The notes: generated from the sequence alone by a model not told the origin. 63,669 nt of DNA from an uncultured Gammaproteobacteria bacterium (GCA_964422865.1 CAYRCU010000003.1:1-63669); one strand, 5' to 3'. Counted from the first letter of the stretch, positions 17,063 to 27,231 are shown. Numbers and translations: made by a program.

Positions 17063-17197
17063 AGTTATTTTGGATACTTCAACATTGAAATGAAAACGCA
17101 AAGTGGTCTTTGAATCGCAGCTGTCACTTGGAAATTATGGATGTTCATTATCAAACAACATCTGTACTACTGCCAAGTTAAAGTTTAAAATCTATGT

Positions 17198-18085
17198 GTG
17201 AAAATCGATTTTATCGGTATAGGTGCAGAAAAATGTGCCACCAGATGGTTAGGAAAATGCCTCAGTGAGCATCCCGAGATCTGTTTAGGCAGGGAAAATG
17301 GTGGAAGTGAGCTGTTTTTCTTTAATGAATATGATCCCCATTTGTTAAAGATAAAAAACTCCAAGTATTATTGGGGCCTCAAGTGGTATTTAAAGCAATT
17401 TGACCACTGTCCGGCAAAGTCGGTCAAAGGAGAAATATCTCCAACATATTTATATAGCAAAGAAAGTGTAAAGCGAATAATAAAACATTTCCCGGAGGCC
17501 AAAATATTGGTTTGTTTGAGAGATCCAACCAAAAGAGCCCTTTCACAATACTTACATGACATAAAAATTGGAATTACGCTGCCGCTTGGTTTTGAAAGAG
17601 CCTTGAAAAAAAATAAAACTTACATAGAAAAAGGAAAATACTACAAATACTTAAAAGAATATTTGCATGCGTTTGGGAGTAAAAGAGTACATGTAATCCT
17701 GGTTGATGAAATTGAAAAAAACCCCAAAAAGGTTGTGAAAGAAGTATATAAATTTTTAAATCTAAAAAACACTGAATTTGAGCCTAAAAATTTACACAAA
17801 CGCACAAATGTGGCAAAAACGACCAAATTTCCTTTGTTAAATTACATCCTAATTCAAACAGAATATTTAATTAAAAGATACAATCTTTGGTGGCTACTGA
17901 AAATCTCAGACAATTTAGGTATCAGAAAGTGTGCCTTAAATGTTAGCCATAATATCAATACAAAACCATTCGAAAAATATCCCAAAATGAAAAGCAAGAC
18001 ACGAACATGGTTAAAGAGAAAGTATTTGAAGGATATAAATCAACTGGAAAAATTAATTAAAAAAGATTTAAGCACCTGGAAATAG
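17198..18085 (+). CDS. PAPS-dependent sulfotransferase domain protein
   Basis: DFIGIGAEKCATRWL (5'-PSB-like), KGEISPTY, LRDPTKRALSQY (3'-PB-like). GTG start. Confidence 0.9.
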   Translation: MKIDFIGIGAEKCATRWLGKCLSEHPEICLGRENGGSELFFFNEYDPHLLKIKNSKYYWGLKWYLKQFDHCPAKSVKGEISPTYLYSKESVKRIIKHFPEAKILVCLRDPTKRALSQYLHDIKIGITLPLGFERALKKNKTYIEKGKYYKYLKEYLHAFGSKRVHVILVDEIEKNPKKVVKEVYKFLNLKNTEFEPKNLHKRTNVAKTTKFPLLNYILIQTEYLIKRYNLWWLLKISDNLGIRKCALNVSHNINTKPFEKYPKMKSKTRTWLKRKYLKDINQLEKLIKKDLSTWK

Positions 18086-19731
18086 TGAAAAAAACATATT
18101 CGTATATATCCATATTGTTACCTGTTTTTTTAGTATTGCTATTGTTGCTTAGTTTTTTTAGAAATATAAAATATCCGCTTTTATGGAACGATGAGGCAAC
18201 AACAGCAGTATTTGCAAGAAGTGTATTAAGAAATGGTTACCCAAAGGCACACGACGAAAAAAATAATCTCAATCCCACAATTCCGGATGATAAAAGTCTT
18301 TGTATAAAAGAAGAAATAGATGCCTATCTGTGTATTGGCTGGGGACACTACTACCTGGCAGCACCCTTTGTCTATCTGGCCGACAAAACGAACGATCTAT
18401 ACACAAAAACAGCCCTTGTTAGATTCCCTTTCTCCTTACTGGCTTTTATGGCAATATTAATGTTTCCGTTAATTGCGTTAAAAGAAATTAAGTCCTTCTC
18501 GGGTAAAATACTTTTTTACAGTGGATTCTTGGTTTTTGAGCTGCTTTCGGTGTTTTTAGCACTTCACGCTTCTCAGGTGCGTTATTATTCTTTACTTTTG
18601 TTTTTGTCCGCTTTACTGATACTTATCTATTCTCGCTACAGAATTTTTGGAGGCAATAAACATCTTTATATTGTCTTAGTACCAATACTTTTAGTCTTAG
18701 TCTTTATAAGTTATTACCCTGCTTACGCGGTATTCATTATTACATTTATCTTGCAGGAGTTTTTGTTTTTTATGACAAAAAAGAACAAATTAAAAACTGG
18801 GCTTGCCCATGTGGGTCTAACACTGTCAAGTTTAATAATCACTCTTCCCTTAATGATATTCTTTGAAACTTTTAAAATCTCCAAAGAGTATTCAAATTAC
18901 TTAACAACAAATTTATATGGAGGAAAATATACACTCACCATGTATATAAAAAATCTCCTTTCGGTCTATGAATTTTTCTTCAAACAAGAATTCCTTTTTG
19001 TGCTTTTCATCCTAAAGATGCTATTGCTTTGGATCTTGTACAAAAAAGGAAAAGATAAAATAATAAAACTGCTTAGGGAAAACAAGTCCTTACAGATCTC
19101 AAATCTCCTAACCTTATTTTTTATAAACTACATTTTTATAGTGTCCCGAATTCCCTACCTCTTCACGCGTTATTTCTATATCGAGCAGCCCATTTTGTCC
19201 TTGATCATTTTAATAGACACAGTCTTAATAATAAATTTAACAAAACCCAAAAAAGACGCACTCAAAGCCTATGCAATTTATTTTGCTTCAATCCTAATTT
19301 TGTCAGGTGCATACAAAATACAAACTTTAAGATTATATTTCTATGAATTGACACACACATATAAAGGCCCACTGGATTATGCGATTGGTTATATACATAA
19401 AAACTATGAAGATCCAGAAAAATTAATTATTGCAACAAATTATGAAGAGCTTGCCTTTATTTTCTATCTAAACAGCAGGGTAATAATAGGCGCAGTTGGA
19501 AACGAACTGGAAAAGGACATGAAAATTGAACCGGACATTATTATCCCTCGAAAAGACTGGAAAAATATAGAATATTTAGAAGATTTGCTGGCCAAGGGGA
19601 CATATGAAAAAGTTTCTTTCCCAATTTATGATTACAAATTTAACAACATCTCCGAGCTTCAGTGGCACCTGTTTAAGACAAAGTATGCAACCAGCGATGA
19701 CGAAAAACTGACAATATACTTAAAGAAATGA
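18085..19731 (+). CDS. GT-C superfamily (ArnT/PMT-like) membrane glycosyltransferase
   Basis: TM1 then PLLWNDEA acidic loop, R.PF, QVRYYSL; many TMs and a soluble C-terminal domain. Confidence 0.7.
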   Translation: MKKTYSYISILLPVFLVLLLLLSFFRNIKYPLLWNDEATTAVFARSVLRNGYPKAHDEKNNLNPTIPDDKSLCIKEEIDAYLCIGWGHYYLAAPFVYLADKTNDLYTKTALVRFPFSLLAFMAILMFPLIALKEIKSFSGKILFYSGFLVFELLSVFLALHASQVRYYSLLLFLSALLILIYSRYRIFGGNKHLYIVLVPILLVLVFISYYPAYAVFIITFILQEFLFFMTKKNKLKTGLAHVGLTLSSLIITLPLMIFFETFKISKEYSNYLTTNLYGGKYTLTMYIKNLLSVYEFFFKQEFLFVLFILKMLLLWILYKKGKDKIIKLLRENKSLQISNLLTLFFINYIFIVSRIPYLFTRYFYIEQPILSLIILIDTVLIINLTKPKKDALKAYAIYFASILILSGAYKIQTLRLYFYELTHTYKGPLDYAIGYIHKNYEDPEKLIIATNYEELAFIFYLNSRVIIGAVGNELEKDMKIEPDIIIPRKDWKNIEYLEDLLAKGTYEKVSFPIYDYKFNNISELQWHLFKTKYATSDDEKLTIYLKK

Positions 19732-20504
19732 AAATCATAATTCTCATCCCTACTTACAATGAAAAAGAAAACATAGGAGATCTTCTGAAAGATATTATTA
19801 AAAAAATAAACAAAATAAAAAAACACAAATTCGAAGTGTTAATTGTTGACAGCAGATCCAAAGACGGAACAGTAGAAATAATAAAAAAATTCCAAAAGAA
19901 CCACAAAAACATACACTTAATTTTTGATAACAAAGAGGGATTGGGAAAAGCCATGATTCAGGGCTATTTACATGCAATAAAATCACTTAAAGCAGACGCC
20001 GTGATAACAAATGAAGCTGATTTTGCATTTGATTTCAAGCACCTTCCGTATATGATAAAAAGCCTTGAGGGGGGGAATGATGTAGTGGTTGGCTCCCGCC
20101 ATGTGGGCGTAGGAAAAACAGAAGGCTGGACTACAACAAGAATTATAAATCACTGGGTAGCAAACACTCTTTTTGCAACTTGGGTAGCGGGGGTACACGA
20201 AGTATACGACCACAACGGCGCTTTCCGCGCGATTAGAGTAAAAGGCATATTGGATAAAATCGACTTCAAAAATATCCCCGCAAAGGGCTTTGGTTTCTTT
20301 TTTTATTTTCTGTATGAACTTACAAAGCTAACGGATAAATTTGATGAATTTCCGGTAACCTACCGTTTTCGCAAAAAAGGGGAGTCCAAAGTATCTTTCA
20401 ATAAAAAATATATCAAAAGATATATACGCGACATTGCCGAATACATTTTTCTCGCTCTCTTGATAAGATTAAATAAGCTAACCTCATGGATCCAAAAAAA
20501 ATAA
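19728..20504 (+). CDS. GT2 polyprenol-phosphate-sugar synthase (DPM1-like)
   Basis: IPTYNEKEN, VDSRSKDGT, GLGKA, atypical NEADFAFD in place of DxD, VVVGSRH. Confidence 0.82.
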   Translation: MKIIILIPTYNEKENIGDLLKDIIKKINKIKKHKFEVLIVDSRSKDGTVEIIKKFQKNHKNIHLIFDNKEGLGKAMIQGYLHAIKSLKADAVITNEADFAFDFKHLPYMIKSLEGGNDVVVGSRHVGVGKTEGWTTTRIINHWVANTLFATWVAGVHEVYDHNGAFRAIRVKGILDKIDFKNIPAKGFGFFFYFLYELTKLTDKFDEFPVTYRFRKKGESKVSFNKKYIKRYIRDIAEYIFLALLIRLNKLTSWIQKK

Positions 20505-22036
20505 AATCCAAAGATTTAATTTATCTGGCGGCACTACTTATTCTCTTTGTAGCCTTAAGGTTCAATAGCTTCTCCGCTCCCTTCGAAAGAGACGAAGGAG
20601 AATACGCATATTCAGCATGGATCATGAGGAATGGAAGCATGCCCTATAAAAACGCCTTCCTTCAAAAGCCTCCCCTGATTATCTACACCTACATTTTCTC
20701 CCAGTTTCTTTCATCCACCGCTCTCTGGCCTCCGCGCCTCTTGGCCTCGATTTTCACACTTATTTCCACCTTTCTGGTGGCTCTCATTGCAAAATCTATC
20801 TTCGGAAAAAAGTACTTTTGGCCAACCGCATTGGTTTTTACTCCCATGATAATGCTTCCAACTCTCATGCCTTTTAGCGCCAACACGGAAATTTTCATGC
20901 TCACGCCTCTCCTGGGGTTTTTATATCTATACACAACTTCTCACCCAAATCCCAAAGCCTCTCGCCTTTTTCTTGCAGGAATTCTTTCCTCCCTTGCACT
21001 CCTATATAAACCGATTTGTCTGTATGTAATTGTTTTTATTTCTCTTCTTTGGGGCCGAAGCATCCTTAAATCTCAAAAAAGCCTACTTCATTCAGTTAAA
21101 CTACTCCTTTTTTTACTTTTAGGAGGAGCCGTGACTACACTCATAATTTTAGCTCCGTTTCTTCTTACCCAAACATTCAAAGACCTTTTTCAACAGGTAA
21201 TTGTTTTTAACGGATACTACGCCAAGTCCTGGGGTATTGGTCTTGGTGGAATCATCTTCCAGTTTTCAAGGATCCTAAAGTATTACTGGCCATTGGCTAT
21301 TGTTTCTCTTATCTTCTTCATAAACCCGCCCAAAAAATGGTGGCTCCCCTTGGGCCTTACATTCTCATCAATCCTTGCTATTTACCAAAGCTACATAGGT
21401 CACTATTATCTTCTTCTTATGCCTTTCTGGTCACTTATACTCTCCTACTCATTAGTCAAACTTTCAGGTTTCAAGGGACTGGCAAAAAGAAACGTTAAAC
21501 CCGAAGCATTAGTTGCCGTCGCTGTCATTACAATGCTTTTTCCCATCCGAGCCCAATTCACACATACCCCGGAAGAGCTAAATCTTTGGGTCTATGGTAC
21601 CGCAAACCCATTTTACGAAGCACCCCTTGTCGCCCGAAAACTTTCAGAAATCACAACCCCAACAGATCCGGTTTTTATTGCCGGATCCGAGCCCGAAATC
21701 CTTTTCTATGCAAAACGAATAAGTACGTCAAAATTTGTCATAACCTATCCCTTAATAATTGATACTCCAAAAAGGCTTGACTACCAAAAAGAAGCAATTC
21801 AGGAGCTAAAAAACAAGCCCCCTCAAGCAATAGTCCTTTCCCGACGTCAACACTCAGGCCTTTGGAATGAAGATAGCCCAAGAGAATTTATTGACTATCT
21901 TTTAAAAAGTATTAATAAAGATTACAATTTAATAGGATCATATGTTTGGATCAGAAACAAAGGGTATTGGCTTGAAGATCCGAAAGAAGAAGAATTAGCC
22001 GCAAGCAGTTTGATTTTATACAAAAAAAATGATTGA
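20486..22036 (+). CDS. GT-C (ArnT/PMT-like) glycosyltransferase
   Basis: PFERDEGEYAY, QKPPLI, ANTEIF, LYKP; polytopic with C-terminal soluble domain. Confidence 0.8.
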   Translation: MDPKKIKSKDLIYLAALLILFVALRFNSFSAPFERDEGEYAYSAWIMRNGSMPYKNAFLQKPPLIIYTYIFSQFLSSTALWPPRLLASIFTLISTFLVALIAKSIFGKKYFWPTALVFTPMIMLPTLMPFSANTEIFMLTPLLGFLYLYTTSHPNPKASRLFLAGILSSLALLYKPICLYVIVFISLLWGRSILKSQKSLLHSVKLLLFLLLGGAVTTLIILAPFLLTQTFKDLFQQVIVFNGYYAKSWGIGLGGIIFQFSRILKYYWPLAIVSLIFFINPPKKWWLPLGLTFSSILAIYQSYIGHYYLLLMPFWSLILSYSLVKLSGFKGLAKRNVKPEALVAVAVITMLFPIRAQFTHTPEELNLWVYGTANPFYEAPLVARKLSEITTPTDPVFIAGSEPEILFYAKRISTSKFVITYPLIIDTPKRLDYQKEAIQELKNKPPQAIVLSRRQHSGLWNEDSPREFIDYLLKSINKDYNLIGSYVWIRNKGYWLEDPKEEELAASSLILYKKND

Positions 22037-23642
22037 AAAACTTACAAAAGGCAAAAATCCTTACCTGGTTATTGCGTCTCTAATATTCTTGGTTTACTTC
22101 AGAAGCTTGTTTTTTAATTTTACATATCTTGACGACAACGTTTTGATCTTAGACAACATATTTTTCTTAAAGAACATCAACAACATCTCTAAAGCATTTC
22201 AGCTGGAAGTCTTTCATGTCCTTCATTCCTCAGCTGCATACTACCGCCCAATGCTTACGGTTTCTTTTATTTTTGATGCTCAACTTTCGGGAACCAACCC
22301 TTTTATGTATCATCTGACAAATATATTGATCCACATGGCAGTCTCATGTCTGCTTTTTCTTTTTTTAATTAAACTGGATTTGAGAAAAGATTTATCTCTC
22401 CTCTTTTCAGCCCTTTTTGCAGTTCACCCAACACTAACCCAGGCAGTAAGCTGGATACCCGGGAGAAACGACTCTCTCCTCGCGCTTTATCTTCTTTCTT
22501 CCTTTCTTTCCCTGCATTACTATCTTGAAACAAAAAAGAATAAATGGTTGGCCATGCACTCAATATTCTTCGCCCTGTCGGTTTTTACAAAAGAATCCGC
22601 CGTCATTTTTCCCGTATTCCTTGCCTATTATTTATTGGTCATAAAAAGAAAGCAGATGTTTTCAGGCAAACTTACCAATCTTTATGTCATTTGGCCATCC
22701 ATTGCTTTTGTCTGGTTTCTTATGCGCTCCTCTGCCCTCGTAAATCCGGTTGGGTATACCCCAATGAGTATAATTCAGACAATTACAAAAAACTCACCGG
22801 CCGTATTTCTTTTTTTAGGTAAAGTGTTTTTTCCGATAAATCTATCAGTGCTCCCCATATTGCAAGATTCAACGCTGGTTTATGGATTTGTCGCCAGCTT
22901 AATCATTTTTGTTCTGGCAATAATTTCCCGCAAGAATTACAAAACATCACTCTTTGGCTTAGCTTGGTTTTTTCTATTCCTTATTCCTTCATTCGTAAGA
23001 CCGTCTGACACATACACGGCGGATTTTATTGAACACAGAATCTATGTTCCCCTAATCGGCCTAATCATTTTTTTTCTAGTTAACCCCTTGGTGCAAAAAA
23101 TAAATCTTTCAAATAAAATTTACATAACATTTTTTTCCTTCCTAATTGTCATTTTCTCAGTCTTAACAATTATTCACTCGACCAATTTCTCAAATCCGAT
23201 CAATTTTTGGCAGAACGCAGTTAACACTTCTCCTCATCATCCGCTTGCCCAAAAAAACCTTGGCGCAATGTATTATCTTGACGGGGATCTTGACAAAGCG
23301 GAAAAATATTATCGCCAGGCACTTGAGCTTAATCCCGCTGAAACAATGGTTCACAACAATCTTGCGGTAATATACCTTGACAAAAAAGACTTTCAAAACG
23401 CGCTCAAAGAACTTGATGAGGAAATAAAAATAAATCCTCTTTACGATAAGGCCCACTATAACTACGGCCTTGTTTACTGGACGCTGGGCGAGAAAGAAAA
23501 AGCGGAAAAATCTTGGTTAAAAACTTTGGAAATTAATCCTAATCACACAACAGCTCTCTACAACCTTGCTGTCTATTACAAAGAAATTGGAGAAATAGAA
23601 AAGTCAAACTACATCCTTGCTATTTTAAAACAGAAAACATAG
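22029..23642 (+). CDS. TMTC-like GT-C protein O-glycosyltransferase with C-terminal TPRs
   Basis: FTYLDD, YYRPM, HPTLTQAVSWIPGRND, KESA, EHRIYVP, then about four TPR repeats. Confidence 0.82.
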   Translation: MIEKLTKGKNPYLVIASLIFLVYFRSLFFNFTYLDDNVLILDNIFFLKNINNISKAFQLEVFHVLHSSAAYYRPMLTVSFIFDAQLSGTNPFMYHLTNILIHMAVSCLLFLFLIKLDLRKDLSLLFSALFAVHPTLTQAVSWIPGRNDSLLALYLLSSFLSLHYYLETKKNKWLAMHSIFFALSVFTKESAVIFPVFLAYYLLVIKRKQMFSGKLTNLYVIWPSIAFVWFLMRSSALVNPVGYTPMSIIQTITKNSPAVFLFLGKVFFPINLSVLPILQDSTLVYGFVASLIIFVLAIISRKNYKTSLFGLAWFFLFLIPSFVRPSDTYTADFIEHRIYVPLIGLIIFFLVNPLVQKINLSNKIYITFFSFLIVIFSVLTIIHSTNFSNPINFWQNAVNTSPHHPLAQKNLGAMYYLDGDLDKAEKYYRQALELNPAETMVHNNLAVIYLDKKDFQNALKELDEEIKINPLYDKAHYNYGLVYWTLGEKEKAEKSWLKTLEINPNHTTALYNLAVYYKEIGEIEKSNYILAILKQKT

Positions 23643-23651
23643 TATTAAACC

Positions 23652-24809
23652 ATGGCTGATTTGCCCAAAATTGTGATCATAATGCCCACCTACAATGAGG
23701 CAAAAAATATTGGTCCCATGATAGAGGAGCTTGTGGGAAAGGTATTTCCCAAAATAAAAGGTGCTGACATGCACCTTCTTATTGTTGACGATAATTCTCC
23801 GGATGGCACGGGAAGCATTGTCAATAAATATATGGAAAAATTCAAAAATCTACACCTTCTTTCAGGTCAAAAACAAAAAGAAGGGCTCGGTAAGGCATAT
23901 GCCAGAGGCATGAAGCATGCTATGCATAAGCTCAGGGCAGATGCAGTCATGGAAATGGACAGCGATTTTCAACACAATCCCGAGGAAGTCCCCGCAATGG
24001 TTAAGGCTTATCTCGATGGGGCAGACTACGTAATAGGAGCACGTTACATAAAAGGCGGCTCAATCCCCAAGGCCTGGCCGCTTTCAAGAAAGATGATGAG
24101 TTTTTTCGGGAACCTCTTTATTAGAATTGTTCTTATTAAACCCAAATTGCACGATCTTACAACAGGTTTCCGTTTAACAAAAGTAAAGGGTGTTTTAGAT
24201 CAAATCGACCTGGACAACTTGATGGAGATTAAGCGCTTTGCCTACAAAGTTGATCTTCTCAATCAAACAGTAGCTCTCTCAAAAAAAGTTACAGAAGTGC
24301 CCATTCACTTTGGTGAGCGGAAGATGGAAACAAGCAAATTCAATCTCAAGGAACTTGTTGCAACCTTTAAAGTAGCAATTGTTATTAGATTAAAGGAGTC
24401 TCAAAGATTTATTAAATTCGGCACAGTCGGGTTCATAGGATATCTTGTAAACGCAATAAGCCTCCACTACATAGCAAGAACAGGTGTCCCGGAAGCCGTC
24501 GCCTGGGCAGGCTCCACCGAATTGGCAATCATCTCAAATTTCACCCTGAATAATATCTGGACATTCAAAAGTGAAAAAATATCGGGAATAGGGAAACTTG
24601 TAAATAAATTCATTCAATTTAACGGCACTTCTCTGGGCGCTCTTGTTATCCAAACCGTTGCGGGGTCCATCGGCGTATCAATGCTGGGGCAAGAATACAG
24701 GCAAATCCTCCTTCCGTTTATAGTTGTCTTCTTGGTTCTTCCCTATAACTATCTTGCCTACAACCTTGTTATTTGGCGCACGTGGCGTCTTCCGGGAAAA
24801 CGCAAGTAA
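23652..24809 (+). CDS. GT2 polyprenol-phosphate-sugar synthase fused to a C-terminal GtrA-like flippase domain
   Basis: MPTYNEA, VDDNSPDGT, GLGKAY, MDSDFQHNP, then RFIKFGTVG...SNFTLNNIWTF...KFIQF 4-TM GtrA signature. Confidence 0.88.
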   Translation: MADLPKIVIIMPTYNEAKNIGPMIEELVGKVFPKIKGADMHLLIVDDNSPDGTGSIVNKYMEKFKNLHLLSGQKQKEGLGKAYARGMKHAMHKLRADAVMEMDSDFQHNPEEVPAMVKAYLDGADYVIGARYIKGGSIPKAWPLSRKMMSFFGNLFIRIVLIKPKLHDLTTGFRLTKVKGVLDQIDLDNLMEIKRFAYKVDLLNQTVALSKKVTEVPIHFGERKMETSKFNLKELVATFKVAIVIRLKESQRFIKFGTVGFIGYLVNAISLHYIARTGVPEAVAWAGSTELAIISNFTLNNIWTFKSEKISGIGKLVNKFIQFNGTSLGALVIQTVAGSIGVSMLGQEYRQILLPFIVVFLVLPYNYLAYNLVIWRTWRLPGKRK

Positions 24810-24878
24810 GATTTTATACGGCTCTTGCCCACAAAACGGGACTGTTTGAGAGACATTAGTATTGTATAATATGGGTTC

Positions 24879-25745
24879 ATGTATCCTGACAATCTGTCCC
24901 CGCGTGAAAAAGAAGAAGAGTTTAATAAAAAAATAATCAGAGATTATCTTAAGTATGGTTCAGTCGATGAGGTTTTCAGGCGAAACCGCTACACCCTCCC
25001 AACATCGCACGCCAGCTTTCATCGTCTGCTGGACAAGTGGGGGATAGTAAAAGCCGCAGGTCCAAACACAAGAATCTCGGAAGTAGTTGCCTTCATGGAG
25101 CATCTTGCCCTAGAGAAAATTCCACTTGAAACTCTCTACAGAAAACTTCCCCCGAGCTTTAAAACCTCAAAAGTAACCCTCCACAGGGTCTTAAGTTATG
25201 TTAAAAAAGGAGTTACCCGCCGCGGTGCCACAGCACTTGTTATCACGCCGGAGGATGACGCGTTTTCAGTTTTAACAGGAAACGATGTTTCTACTCCGCG
25301 TCTTGAATTTGGGAAACCATTTGGCTCCGTCTCGCTCCCCATGGGTTTTTCCAAAAAAACCGAATCCTCTCAAACCTCCATAAAACGCCTTCTCCAAAGA
25401 GAAGTATTTACAGATCTTACGATAAAAAAACAATTTCCAGAAGAAATACTGTCAACCGTACACACCCCGTTTATGCATTTTCATATAGCCGATATTAAAG
25501 TTTCGGTTTTTCACCTCACTCTTCCGGAAAAACTTTGCGCCCAAACCACAAGCCAAATTCTAAAAGACCTAAGATTTTCTCCCTTAGAGGAAGTATTAAA
25601 AAAAACCAATCTTCGTGCAGGAATCACCGAAATTGTAAACTGCTACGCAAAAGTTTTAGAAGAAAACAACCCCGCAAGTCTTCCGGTTACAGAAACCTCT
25701 CCTATTAATCTCGCTCTGGCCCTCGACCCCTGGATCCGTACTTAG
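24879..25745 (+). CDS. hypothetical protein: tandem HTH-like repeats plus degenerate Nudix-like domain
   Basis: Two helical repeats ending TSHASFHRLL and TSKVTLHRVL. LPMGFSKKTESSQTSIKRLLQREV fits G-x5-E-x7-R of the Nudix box. Own TATAAT 8 nt before ATG. Confidence 0.55.
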   Translation: MYPDNLSPREKEEEFNKKIIRDYLKYGSVDEVFRRNRYTLPTSHASFHRLLDKWGIVKAAGPNTRISEVVAFMEHLALEKIPLETLYRKLPPSFKTSKVTLHRVLSYVKKGVTRRGATALVITPEDDAFSVLTGNDVSTPRLEFGKPFGSVSLPMGFSKKTESSQTSIKRLLQREVFTDLTIKKQFPEEILSTVHTPFMHFHIADIKVSVFHLTLPEKLCAQTTSQILKDLRFSPLEEVLKKTNLRAGITEIVNCYAKVLEENNPASLPVTETSPINLALALDPWIRT

Positions 25746-25968
25746 TTTCACCATCAAAGTACGGAAAGGTAAAACTTCCATCCTTTTGCAATTCATATAT
25801 CCTCTTATCTGAATTTTGTACACCTCCCGTCGGAAGCACAGTTCTCTTCTCGCTAGACACACCGGGATTTGCAGTAATTATTCGAGCATTTACCTCAGTG
25901 GCAAACAACCTCGCCCTAGCAAGTTTCAATCTCCAGATATCCGCTCTTCCACCAGCTCTTTCACCCAT
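25705..25968 (-). CDS. possible short hypothetical protein or gene remnant
   Basis: 87-aa ORF filling the gap downstream of the minus-strand GT-C gene. No recognisable motif, and it overlaps the neighbour's 3' end. Confidence 0.25.
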   Translation of the reverse strand: MGERAGGRADIWRLKLARARLFATEVNARIITANPGVSSEKRTVLPTGGVQNSDKRIYELQKDGSFTFPYFDGETKYGSRGRGPERD

Positions 25969-26018
25969 ACCGGGAAATATACACCAACTACGCTCTCAAG
26001 CTCTCTCAACCTTCAAAA

Positions 26019-27176
26019 CTACAAAAACACACTCCAATCGCTAATAGGCATTACATTCCTGCTTATAAATGCCAAAGAAAAAAGATAAATCGGAACCACG
26101 ATAACCGCAAATGCTATTTTAAACTCGCGCTTTACCAGAAAATCACTGAAAGCAACATACAAAAAAGGAATAATAGGTAGGCTGTATCGCATTAAATCTC
26201 TATGGCTGACAAATAGGGTAGAGAAGTAAAACACTCCCACAAACCAGGCAAAATTGTAATATTTTTTTTCTATAAGCTTTACAAGTCCCAAAGCACCGAT
26301 CAAATAAATAAAGATTATTTCCTCCAGCCAGTGTGTATCTACCCATGCAGACGAATAATTAAAAATCTGAAATGGAGGGAAGAAAATGTGAATATTGTCC
26401 CCACTATTAAAATATGCCCAGAAGCTCCCAAACGCCTGTCCATAAAAAATAAATACTCCCAAAAGAGCCAGCGGAATCAACAAAATCGGATAGCTTGCAA
26501 ATTTAATTTCTTTTAACCATTTCTTACTGCTCTTCTCCGCAATACGTTTAAGCTCAGGAACCCAAAATGAAAGTGCAAGTGCCGCAAAAAGAAGTATTCC
26601 CGGAGATTTTGTTAGCTGTGCCAGGGCTCCCCAAAAGCCTGCCTTCCAGTACTTTTTATCATTAAAGTAATAGACACTGGCTATCACACTTCCCACAAAA
26701 AGAGGCTCGGGTGATCCGACAGATCTAACAATAAGCCACCTGGCAGGAAAAATCGAGAACATCAAGACAAGCCATAAAACCTCATCCTTTTTGACGTATT
26801 TGGAAATTAACCTGTAAAAGAAATAAATTGCGAATAGAGAAGTTAGAAGAGAAAGTATTAGTATCGCATAGGCTGAGTTAGTTGCGATATTTAAAACTCG
26901 AATTAAAAGCGGATAAAGAGGAAAATGTGCCGCATAATATTCAACAGGCAGATCAAACGAGAAATTTGCCTTTATCAGGGTCGTGTTATAAAGAGTCTTT
27001 GCAACAACAACATACAAAGGCCCGTCATAATTAGACACAATGGTTGCCATTCCATTGCCCGGTAGGGGAATCTTCCAAAACTCAGGAAGTCTCAAAAAAA
27101 AAGGAAGCCAAATCAAAACTACAGGAACTACGGCCAAGATTACCAGAGCAAGAAAAATTTTGGGGCCTTTCTCCAT
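26019..27176 (-). CDS. GT-C mannosyltransferase-like (PIG-V/Gpi18-type motifs)
   Basis: NYDGPLY, AHFPLYPLLIR, SPEPLF, LTKSPG, DLMRY. ATG 27176 preferred, with TATAAT 10 nt upstream. Confidence 0.75.
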   Translation of the reverse strand: MEKGPKIFLALVILAVVPVVLIWLPFFLRLPEFWKIPLPGNGMATIVSNYDGPLYVVVAKTLYNTTLIKANFSFDLPVEYYAAHFPLYPLLIRVLNIATNSAYAILILSLLTSLFAIYFFYRLISKYVKKDEVLWLVLMFSIFPARWLIVRSVGSPEPLFVGSVIASVYYFNDKKYWKAGFWGALAQLTKSPGILLFAALALSFWVPELKRIAEKSSKKWLKEIKFASYPILLIPLALLGVFIFYGQAFGSFWAYFNSGDNIHIFFPPFQIFNYSSAWVDTHWLEEIIFIYLIGALGLVKLIEKKYYNFAWFVGVFYFSTLFVSHRDLMRYSLPIIPFLYVAFSDFLVKREFKIAFAVIVVPIYLFSLAFISRNVMPISDWSVFL

Positions 27177-27231
27177 ATGAATCCATATTATATCTTTAGA
27201 AGATAAATACTCAAGTCTTGTGGTGAACATA

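Noticed and set aside
25816-26088. 90-aa plus-strand ORF
   Set aside because: Low-complexity Ser-rich translation overlapping a real gene end, with no motif.
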